Positions 10,926-20,000 of a stretch of DNA of 20,000 bases are shown here, piece after piece. A program made the position numbers and the translations under genes. Source of the DNA: Chiloscyllium plagiosum (taxonomy: Eukaryota); NCBI RefSeq assembly GCF_004010195.1, contig NC_057749.1, positions 17,184,721-17,204,720 on the forward strand, written 5' to 3'. The notes beneath the pieces are model-generated. The model did no database searches, was not told where the DNA came from, and was given only the letters and a program-made list of their open reading frames with translations. How positions within the stretch are numbered: the first letter of the stretch is position 1; each line of letters begins with the position of its first letter.

Positions 10926-12578
10926 GACCTCCCAACTCCTGTATTCAGTACTCTGACCAATAAAGGAAAGCATACCAAACGTTGCCTTCACTATCCTATC
11001 TATCTGCAACTCCACTTTCAAGGAGCTATGAACATGCACTCCAAGGTTCAGCAACACTCCCGATGACCTTACCATTAAGTGTATAAGTCCTGCTAAGATT
11101 TGCTTTCCCAAAATGCAGCACCTTGCATTTATCTAAATTAAATTCCATCTGCCAGTCCTCAGCCCATTGTCCCCATGGTCAAGATCCCGTTATAATCTGT
11201 AACCTTCTTCGCTGTCCAGTCCACTTCCAATTTTGATGTCATCTGCAAACTTACTAACTATATCTCTTATGCTTATATCCAAATCATTTATATAAATGAT
11301 GAAAAATAGAGGACCCAGCACCGATCCTTGTGGCACTCCACTGGTCACAGGCCACCAGTCTGAAAAACAACCCTCCACTGCCACCCTCTGTCTTCTATCT
11401 TTGAGCCAGTTCTGTATCTCAATGGCTAGTTCTCCCTGTATTCCATGAGATCTAACCTTACTAACCAGTCTCACATGGGGAACCTTGTCAAATGCCTTAT
11501 TGAAGTCCATATAGATCACGTCCACTGCTTTGCCCTCATCAGTCCTCTTTGTTACTACTTCAAAAAAGTCAATCAAGTTTGTGAGACATGATTTCCCATG
11601 CACCAAGCCACGTTGGCTATCACTAATCAGTCCTTGCCTTTCCAAATATATGTACATCCTGTCCCTCAGGATTCCCCCAACAACTTTCCCACCACCAAGG
11701 TCAGGCACACTGGTCTATAGTTCCCTGGCTTCTCCTTACCACCCTTCTTAAACAGTGGCACTATGTTAGCCAACCTCCATTCTTCCGGCACCTCACCTGT
11801 GACTGTTGATGATACAAATATCTCAGCAAGGGACCCAGCAATCACTTCCCTAGCTTCCCACAGAGTTCTAGGTTAGGTCCTGGGGATTTATCCACTTTTA
11901 TGCATTTCAAGACATCCAGCACTTCCTCCTCTGTAATATGGACATTTTTCAAGCTGTCACCATCTATTTCCCCACATTCTATACCTTCCATGTCCTTTTC
12001 CACAGTAAACACTGATGCAAAATACTCGTTTAGTATCTCCCCCATTTCTTGCGGATCCACACAAAGGCCACCTTGCTGATCTTTGAGGTGCTCAATTTGC
12101 TTCCTAGTTACCCTTTTGTCCTTAATGTATTTGTAAAAACCCTTTGGATTTTCCTTAATTCTATTTGCCAATGCTATCTCATGTCCCTTTTTTGCCATTC
12201 TGAATCCCCTCTTAAGTATACTCCTACCACCTTTATACCCTTCTAAGGATTGATCCGATCTATTTTGTCTATACCTGACACATGCATCCTTCTTTTTCTT
12301 AACCAAACCCTCAATTTCTTTCGTCATCCAGCATTCCTAATACCTGCTAGCATTTCCTTTCACCCTAGGAGAAAGTGAGGACTGCAGATGCTGGAGATCA
12401 GCTTCTTCGGGCATGAAGAAGGGCTCATGCCCGAAACGTCGATTCTCCCGCTCCTTGGATGCTGCCTGACCTGCTGCGCTTTTCCAGCAACACATTTTCA
12501 GTTCCTTTCACCCTAACAGGAATATGCTGTCTCTGGACTCTCATTATCTCATTTCTGAAGGCTTCCCATTTTCCAGCC
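10926..12578 (-). mobile_element. CR1 LINE copy B, RT core and upstream portion
   Basis: IKENPKGFYKYIK, LNEYFASVFTVE, DKSPGP, KSCLTNL, YMDFNKAFDKVPH, SGVPQGSVLGPLFFIIYINDL, KFADDIKI. Joins seamlessly to 9793 (catgacct|cccaactcc). Confidence 0.93.
12368..12501. mobile_element. 134-bp non-coding PLE-type mini-element with hammerhead remnant and 14-bp TSD
   Basis: TTCCTTTCACCCTA at 12354-12367 and 12502-12515. Starts GGAGAAAGTGAGGACTGCA like 17929-18111. Contains (A)TGAAGA-A-GGGC-TCAT-GCCC-GAAA-CG-TC-GATTC at ~12413-12445. Confidence 0.88.
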
Positions 12579-13116
12579 AGGGGATTGTGTTTCAGAGCCA
12601 TGAGGTCACGTTGCAGCTGTACAAACTCTGGTGCGGCCGCATTTGGAGTATTGCGTACAGTTCTGGTCACCGCATTATGGGATGGATATGGAAGCATTGG
12701 AAAGGGTGCAGAGGAGATTTACCAGGATGTTGCTGGTATGGAGGAAAGGCTGATGGACCTGAGGCTGTTTTCGTTAGAAGAAGGTTGAGAGGGGATTTAA
12801 TAGATATACAAGATGGTCAGAGGATTAGACAGGGTGGACAGTGAAAACCTTTCTTCCTCGGATAGGGATGGCTAGCGCAACATAGTTTAAATTGAGGGGT
12901 GATAAGATGTCGGACAGATGTTAGAGGTAGTTTCTTTACTCAGAGTAGTAAGGGTGTGGAATGCGCTGCCTGCAACAGTAGTAGATTCATCAACTTTAAG
13001 AGCATTTAAATGGATATTGGATAAATATATGGATGATAATGGAATGGTGTCGGTTATGTGGGCTTCAGATTGGTTTCGCAGTTCAGTGCAACATTACTAT
13101 ACTGTAATGTTCTCTG
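12579..13116 (+). mobile_element. CR1 LINE copy A, 3' end (resumes after the nested insertions)
   Basis: Continues 9215 (ttttattggtagag|ggattg...gagccatgaggtca). LQLYK, RPHLEYC, RVVRVWNALPATVVDS, then a CR1-type tail ctgtaatgttct. Confidence 0.85.
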
Positions 13117-14529
13117 ATACTTTCGTCGAGTTCAGACATTCAATATGTATTAAAATGTGTAAAATTATTCTGTTCATCTTGAGAATCAACTAAATCATCC
13201 TAGTTTGTTTCTTGAATGTTATCATTAGCCATATCATTCCACGTCTTCAATGCCATCAAGTGTTTTGAATATCCCATGTTTCTTGAATGACTTGACATTT
13301 TCCATTTTGATTTCAGACCAGGCTTCAATTCACTTAGTCAGGATTGCTAATGTTGGAGCATGTATGCTGCTTACCTTAAATGTGTAATAATTTTCTTAAT
13401 TCAAGGTGAAGATTTGGAAAACTTATCAAAACTGACAGTCCATTAATATTATCTTTGATTGATGTAACTTTTGACAACTTGCTTAACTTTGCTTTGTCTC
13501 CGTATTCATTCTCAGATGTCTGCTTAAGCTTTGAAGAGAATGCTATCCATTCTCTAACATTTTTCTCTGATACCTTGCAATCTGTGACTGTGTGCAAATT
13601 TTGGTTTGTTCTGCAATTTCAATGATTTTAAGTTTGAACAGGGCTGTGTATATACCATAGCTTGGTGCCAACTTGCCATAGTAGAGGGTGCGATTGGCAG
13701 CAAAACTGTGCACACCAGTGTACATGATAGGCTTGATGTCAAACATTGATTGACAGACACAGAAAACTGAACAGCTGCCTTCAGTGGTGTGCTGTTCTAG
13801 AATTCTATCAAGCCAGCTTATTTGGGGTGAATTAGACTTTTGTGAGTGGGTGATAAATGCAAAGAGTTTGGATTTTTTCCTTTTAAAAGTTGGGGTTGAC
13901 CTGTACACACTGTATATGAAAAATGAATGTTTCTTTTGTCAGAGGTTCAGCGTTGGCTTTTACACCAGATTAGTCATTACTTGAGTCCGTATGATTGTGA
14001 TGATGCAATAAACTGCATTCTTCCTTGTTTTTAAAAAGAATTGACTGTAATTCAAACTTTTCCCTAAAATGTGGCCATTTCAGTACAAAGAATGGTTAGA
14101 AGCATCGTATCTGTATTAGTCATTTGTATCCTTGAGGGTGAAATTTAATGACTGAAAGCATTTTGGCAATGGGTAATGAAATTTCTGGAATCCATGTGCA
14201 CTGACATGACTGGTTTATTACTGTTGCTGTATTATTTTGAGGGATGGATGAAACTGGATGTATGTTTCTCCTTTGGCCTGACTTTTACCAGGTTTTTAAG
14301 TTGATATGCTTTTGTTCTATGACTGTCATGTATAACGGGCACAAAGACTGCAGTGGTCTGTATGGTGGATAGAGTTTCTGGATAGAAATTTTAAGTGTTC
14401 TGCTGTATTATAGAATACAATATTTGTTGCAACAGATATTATCTTTTTCAATTGACTCTTTAATGGCCTCCAGACCCATCATTGTTTCGTAAAAGGTTTA
14501 AAATTGATCATGACAATCGTAATGTCGTA

Positions 14530-14644
14530 ATTTAATGGACGTACATGGAATAGTGTAGGTGGGATGGACTTCAGATTAGTATGACAGGGTGGTGCAACAT
14601 CGAGGGCTGAAGGGCCTGTACTGCGCTGTTATGTTCTATGTTCT
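14530..14644 (+). mobile_element. Short CR1 3'-terminal fragment
   Basis: gcaacatcgagggctgaagggcctgtactgcgctgttatgttctatgttct: CR1 3' stem-loop and (ATGTTCT) tail, similar to 13040-13116. Confidence 0.8.
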
Positions 14645-15214
14645 CAAATCGCTTGCAAGCTCCCTGTCTTCATCGCCATTCGTCGTCAGTCCTATCCTGG
14701 ATGTAATGCTTTGTTCTTTTACACAGATAACCCTACAAAAGAAAGCAAGGTTTATTTGGCTTGAGTTGTTTGGTTCTAATAAAATTATTACCCCTTTAAG
14801 TGTCTACCCTCTGTTTCAAAGTGCATAATTTGGTAGTGATGGATTCTTGGGCATTTGGTCGATTGCAGTCTACATTCAACTTTGCATTTTGAGAAAAGTT
14901 GACCATGTATTGTCTCGATGTGACTAGCAAAATACAACGATGCAGCAGTTTCTCAATTCTATGTCAAGTCAAAAGTTGGGACATGATTAGTTTCCTGAAT
15001 TGGAGTTATGAATACTGCCAATTGAGCCACTTTAGAGTGTAGTCAGGTCTTGTCGAGGCCACAGTACAGGCAACATTTACTTTTAAGAAGTGAATTCATG
15101 CATACTGTTTGGGATACTGTCGTTAGTGTATTTCAAATTTCCCTATTTCTTTGCTGTTGTGTTATTATTTTTGCTCTGCATCCAAGATTTCTGCAGACTG
15201 ATTCAGTTAATGCA

Positions 15215-15279
15215 TTTGGCCTGACTGAGAATTTTGAATTTCTTTGGTCTGACTGAGAATTTTTAATTTCTTTGGTCTG
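15215..15279. repeat. 28-bp minisatellite, ~2.3 copies, with a degenerate extra unit near 15298-15330
   Basis: TTTGG(C/T)CTGACTGAGAATTTT(G/T)AATTTC at 15215 and 15243, partial at 15271. Confidence 0.85.
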
Positions 15280-15494
15280 TTTAACTTTGTTCATGCGTTT
15301 GGTGTGGTCATGAATTTTGAGTTCTTTGGTTAGTTTAATTCCTTTTGATGAATTGATGACTAATCGGTTCTATGAAAATGCAAAATAAAAATGCAAGTCA
15401 TATAATTTCAGAAAGATAATGGAGAGCCTGGACCTGACTGGTAGAAGGAGTACTTCTGGTTAAAGGTTAATGGTGCATTTGTTGTTTTTTGCAG

Positions 15495-16293
15495 TTCATT
15501 GGGTGGAAGTGCATCCACAGAGTTGTTTGGAAAGGTGTTCCAGGATTTTGACCAAGCAAAAGTGAAGGAAATGTGATTTACTCCAGGTCAGGATTGTCTG
15601 TGAGTTGGAGAGGAACTGACAGATGTTGATGTTCCCATGCTTCTGGTCCCCCTGTCCTTCTGGAAAGTAGAAGCTGTGGGTTTGGAGTGTTCTGTCTGAG
15701 GAATCTTTAGAGTTACTTACTGAATCTTGTAAATAGTACATATGCTCCGTGTTGAAGGGGTGAGTTTTGAAAGTCATGAATGGGTTACAAATCAAGTGGG
15801 TTGATTTTTTTTCTGGTGGTGTCAGGCGGCTTGAATAATGTGGGAGCTGCCTCCATCTAGGGAAAGTGAAGTATTCCATCTCAGTTCTGACTTTTACCTT
15901 TTGTAGGTGGTGGAGGCTTTGAAGAGACAAGAGATGCTGTTGAATTCATAGCCTCTGACCTAACGACAGTATTTGTGTGACTTCCAGTCCAATTTCTGGT
16001 TAGTCGTAACCTACAGGATGTTGATAATGGGTAGTTCAACAATAGTAATATCACTGAATTTCAGTGGACAATAATTATGTTCTCCCATTGGAGATGATTA
16101 TTGCCTGGCATTGTGCAATTTGAATATTATATGCCACTTGTCAGCCCAAGCTTGGATGCTATCCAGCTATGGCTGCATTTGGACACAGATTGCATCAGTA
16201 TTTGCAGAGTTGCGAATGATGTCAAGCATTGCACAGTCATCATTGAATGCTCCCACCTCTGGCTTTGTGATGAAGAAAAGGTTATCGATGAAC
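15495..16293 (-). mobile_element. Ancient CR1-group (Zenon/L2-like) LINE, RT C-terminal remnant
   Basis: Minus strand: FIDNLFFITKPEVGAFNDDC (FINDL...FADDC), IQAWADKWH, KVKVRTEMEY (KAQVRSxMEY), SKSWNTFPN. Heavily decayed. Confidence 0.75.
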
Positions 16294-16756
16294 ATTTATT
16301 TGCTCCAATTGAATGCTGTTTAAATTCTATTTGATTTGATTACCCAAAAGCTGTAACCCTGTTTGTTTTGCAGTTTTAATTTAAAGAAGTTGGAGCATTT
16401 ATTTGAGCTTGCTTTGAAGTTGCATAACTAGAATAGTATTTTCTGCTTCATTCAAAAGTATACTTTTTTCAGTCCTGAGTTATACATTTGGTCAGAAACT
16501 GTTTGTACAGTAGATTATCGATATTTCAAATGCAGTTCTTTAATTATTTACAACAAAACCATAATATGATCAACATGACTATCTTTCATTTAGCTGCCTT
16601 AGATTTGGATTGATTATTTTTGCCTGGATAATAATAGTTAGGTTTAAAACATGTGATGCATGTAAAGAGCAATAAAAAATTTATAGAGTGACTTTAACAT
16701 TGTAAAATATCTCAAGGCTCTAAAACATGGGATATTAGAAAAATAGTGCATCGAGC

Positions 16757-16870
16757 TAAAGATTGAACACATGTACCAACAGGTTCAAGAACAGCTTCTT
16801 CCTTGCTGTTATTAAACTGTTGAATGCACCTCTCTAATTTCAAATCTAATGTTGATCTTGTTTTTCTGCA
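16757..16870 (+). mobile_element. Rex1/Babar LINE 3'-terminal fragment
   Basis: From 16763 it reads LNTCTNRFKNSFFLAVIKLLNAPL*, homologous to the C-terminus encoded at 1-88 (minus). Confidence 0.75.
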
Positions 16871-16917
16871 ATTGTATTCAGATCCATATGACAATAAATC
16901 AAATCACATCAAAACTT

Positions 16918-17090
16918 GGGCAGATGACCAAAAGCTTTGACAAGGTAGTTTGTTTTAAGGAGTGCCTTAAAAGAGGGCAACTAAACGTTAAGGTTTTTGG
17001 CGGAAATTCCAGAGCTCAAGGCCCAGGAAGCTGAAGGAAATGGCCAACAATGATGAATAATAACAATGATGCTGGAATGGCCAGAATTAT
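16918..17090 (-). mobile_element. L2 LINE 3'-end remnant
   Basis: tgaccaaaagcttt...gttttaagga...gaaattccagagc...aggaagctgaagg is the antisense of the L2 end (AFS...P.LWN...LKT..F..AF). Confidence 0.6.
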
Positions 17091-17928
17091 AAAAGTCTTA
17101 ACTCTTTGTGTATTGGGTTTTCCAACTGAGCTTTAATAACAAGAAACTAAAGCCTTGAAACTCTTAATTCTTATTCATTGGAAATTAGGTTGTCTTTGAA
17201 GAATGTTTTTGGATTTGTACAATGCCAGCGTGTTGGAGTGAGTGGCACAATTTGAGATATCCAGGAAAAAGCCTACCAGCATTTCAGAACCTTAGGTTGG
17301 TGTTACTTTTGAAAGTCCGTATGGACCAAATATATGCACTGAAAATGCCACCCTGTATTGATAAAGAAATCATCATTTCGGTAACTTAGATGACTTCTCT
17401 TTACTCTTGGAAAATGTTTACCATATATAAGTCTGCACTTGTTGCACCCCTGCAGAAACCTCAAGTCAGGAACTTAATACACTGTATGTTGTCTTGTGGT
17501 TTGTCATTAATTGCTTCTATGAATAGTTCAGCTCTGTCTTTAGGTAGCTGTTTATATCTCCACCTTCACTCAGGTTTTTCACATTATGAATGATTTATTT
17601 CAAGTGTTGCTGTTTTGTAAATGTGAGTGTTTACAACCTGGAAGTTCTGTTGCTGAGAAGTGGTTTCCTGCTTCTTTTCTCAGTGCTGCAGGCTGTTTAT
17701 ACTCCGTTAAATGTTAAGTATAAGCTTGTCATGGCTGCAAAATAATTGAATTCAAAAGGGAGATTCAGAGAGGTAGTGCGTTCTTGGGGTGCTTCAATAC
17801 TGATAATCCAAAGAAAATTTAGGTGATTTGGTGGTGAATCAAACTTTTCTGAGGGAGGTTGGAATAATTTGAGCAGTAATGCTTGAGATTCACGTGCAAA
17901 GTTTCTTCCAAAATTGTCATAGTTTTAA

Positions 17929-18111
17929 GGAGGAGAAAGTGAGGACTGCATGTGGTGAAGATCAGAGTCGAGAGTGTGGTGCTGGGAAAGCACAGCAGGT
18001 CAAGCAGCATTCGAGGAGCAGGAGAATCGATGTTTCGGGCAGAGGCCTTCATCAGGATTCCTCAGATGCTGCCTGACTTGCTTAGCTTTTCCAGCACCAC
18101 ACACTCGACTC
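17929..18111. mobile_element. 183-bp non-coding fold-back PLE-type mini-element with 13-bp TSD
   Basis: GTCATAGTTTTAA at 17916-17928 and 18112-18124. Imperfect 53-bp inverted arms at 17965-18017 and 18059-18111. Same family as 12368-12501. Confidence 0.9.
18024..18060 (-). ncRNA. Minimal hammerhead ribozyme motif, partly decayed
   Basis: Minus strand: GAATC-CTGATGA-A-GGCCTCTGCCC-GAAA-CA-TC-GATTC. Perfect 5-bp helix I and full core; helix II is weakened and CG>CA occurs in the helix III palindrome. Confidence 0.75.
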
Positions 18112-18165
18112 GTCATAGTTTTAACCCTACTCCATGGGTGATTTTTTTTTTGGTATACGTTTGAT

Positions 18166-18820
18166 TAAAAAAGTAGAGTCACAGGTAGTTAGGATAGTGA
18201 AGAAGGCGTTTAGTATGCTTTCCTTTATTGGTCACCATATTGAGTACAGGAGTTGGGATGTCATTGTACGGCTGTGCAGGACATTGGTTAGGCCACTTTT
18301 GGAATATTGCGTGCAATTCTGGTCTCCTTCCTATCAGAAGGATGTTGTGAAACTTGAAAAGGATTCAGAAAAGATCGACAAAAATGTTGCCACGGTTGGA
18401 GGTTTTGAGCTATAGGGAGAGGCTGAATAGGCTGGAGCTGTTTTCCCTGGAGCGTTGAAGCTGAGGCGTGCTCTTATAGAGGTTTATAAAATCATGATGG
18501 TATAGATAGGATAAATAGACAACGTCTTTTCTCTGGGGTGGGGGAGTTCAGAACTGGAGGGCATAGGTTTAGTGTGAGGGGGGAAAGATATAAAAGAGAT
18601 CTAAGGGACAACTTTTTCACACACAGGGTGGTGCGTGTATGGAATGAGCTGCCAGAGGAAGTGGTGGAGGCAATTAAAAGGCATCTGAGTGGGTATATGA
18701 ATGGGAAGGGTTTGGAGGGATATGGGCCAGGTGGGACTAGATTGGTTTGGGATATCTGGTCAGCATGGACGGGTTGGACCGAAGGGTCTGTTTCCGTGCT
18801 GTACATCTCTATGACTCTAT
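18166..18820 (+). mobile_element. CR1 LINE 3' fragment (same subfamily as copy B)
   Basis: VKKAFSMLSFIG, TLVRPLLEYCVQFWSP, RTGGHRFSVRGERYKRDLRDNFFTHRVVRVWNELP; ends CTCTATGACTCTAT. Confidence 0.93.
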
Positions 18821-19329
18821 AATTGAGGCAAGAAAGAACTGTTGTATTGGAATGGACAATGCAAGATTAAATGATAAAACATTTAATGGCACAGACATGA
18901 ATGAAACTGATCATGGTACAGTACATGCTGTTCTAATTTAATTATATTGAAGAGAGGAACTGGAAAAGATTGCAGCATTCGTTGTTGTCAAAAAGTATTT
19001 TTCAAGCAAATTAACTGCTAACTATCTTTTGACTGTACTATGAAGCTTCTTGAGAGAACCGTTTCTTAATTACCATGTGATTTTGTATCACTTCCCACTG
19101 ATATAAACTATCTCATTTATGTATTGACTTTAATATTTACATTTCCCGCTTAGTGTCTGACTCTACCATTCCATTTTAGTATTTATATCTCCTTACCCTG
19201 TAGTAAAGATCGCGATATATCCTGATGCGATGTTGACAGGTGTAGAGAAGTAATTCAAATAGAATATGAAAGGGTAAGGAAAGAAGCAAGTCAACCCAAC
19301 CCACAAAAAAAGCAGATAGAGATAGTTCT

Positions 19330-19580
19330 GCTGTAAAATTGTTGAATTTAATGTTGAGACCAGAGGATGTAGAGTGCCAAGTGAGAAGATTTCAAACAAA
19401 AACTGTTCCTTGAACTTCATTGGAACCTCATAGTAGGTCTCGGATAGAAGGATTGTAGTTGGAGCAAGGTGGTGAATTCGAATGACGAGTGATGAGAATC
19501 TTTGGGGCATTTTTGCAGATTGAGCAGAGGAATTCTGCACCGTGGTCACTCATTCTGCTTTTGCTCTTTCCAGTATAGGA
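19330..19580 (-). mobile_element. Old Penelope-like GIY-YIG remnant
   Basis: Minus strand: SYTGKSKSRMSDHGAEFLCSICK (YIGETKRRLGDRFAEH-like) and KFKEQ...IFSLGTLHP/GLNIKFNNF. Confidence 0.7.
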
Positions 19581-19647
19581 ATATGGTAAGCTAAATAAAA
19601 AGGACACAAATAAATTGCTGTTTCATTTGGAAAGTGTGTTTATGACT

Positions 19648-20000
19648 GAGTTAAAAATCGCACAATACCAGGTTACAGTCCAACAGGTTAATTTGGAATT
19701 ACTAGTTTTGGAGCACTGCTCCTTCGTCAGATGGTTGTATGGGATCGTAAGAAACCGAATTTACAGCAAACGTTTACAGTGTGATGAAACAGACATTATA
19801 TATTGAAAAAGACTTGGACTGTTTGTTATGGCTCTCATCTTTTAGAATGACCATGTTGGTTTGAGCAAGTTCGGTACCCATGGGGATGGCTTCAACCAGG
19901 AACTTGGATTCATATCACACTACAGGTGATCCCACCATCCCCCCCCCACCGTCTCTCTTTCTCACCTCCTTCTCTCTTTCTCGCCCCCGTCCCCTTCTCT
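19648..20000 (+). mobile_element. Penelope-like element: inverted pLTR segment (19648-19862) joined to the sense ORF C-terminus (19863-19929); continues off the right edge
   Basis: 19864-19929 reads SKFGTHGDGFNQELGFISHYR* (PLE GLN-type terminus). The upstream segment carries a hammerhead remnant on the minus strand. A pyrimidine-rich tract follows at 19935-20000. Confidence 0.72.
19700..19733 (-). ncRNA. Degenerate minimal hammerhead ribozyme motif
   Basis: Minus strand: CAT-CTGACGA-A-GGAGC-AGT-GCTCC-AAAA-C-TA-GTA. Helix II is perfect, but the G of GAAA is mutated, so it is probably inactive. Confidence 0.62.

Noticed and set aside
13376..17593. Assorted 60-144 aa ORFs as host genes
   Set aside because: No recognisable domains. 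Several are antisense or decayed LINE sequence, and the splice-site candidates I translated mostly hit stops.
17929..18111. DNA-transposon MITE interpretation of the fold-back element
   Set aside because: The inverted arms are not terminal on the left, the extent differs between the two copies, the TSDs are long and variable, and a hammerhead motif is present. All of this favours a PLE-type retroelement.
19190..19280. 10-bp inverted repeat TCCTTACCCT/AGGGTAAGGA as a possible MITE, or an exon ending AGG|GTAAGG
   Set aside because: Short, single copy, no clear TSD, and an in-frame stop lies after the best acceptor. Compatible with chance.

Overview
Eukaryotic, repeat-dominated genomic DNA with no recognisable host gene. 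The repeat families look vertebrate, most likely cartilaginous fish (inference). The window is a stack of mostly dead non-LTR retroelements: a Rex1/Babar fragment, a near full-length decayed L1 (ORF1 + ORF2, ~1441-7732) that splits an older CR1, and a three-level nested CR1 cluster (8147-13116) containing a 473-N assembly gap. Further CR1-group, L2 and Rex remnants lie between ~14.5 and 18.8 kb. The most notable signal is a set of Penelope-like (PLE) sequences carrying minimal hammerhead-ribozyme motifs. One is a GIY-YIG PLE 3' fragment with an apparently intact hammerhead, inserted in-frame into L1 ORF2. Two are short non-coding fold-back mini-elements of one family with perfect 13-14 bp target-site duplications. 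One is an inverted-pLTR PLE at the right edge. Family names come from motif recognition, not database searches, and some boundaries are approximate.
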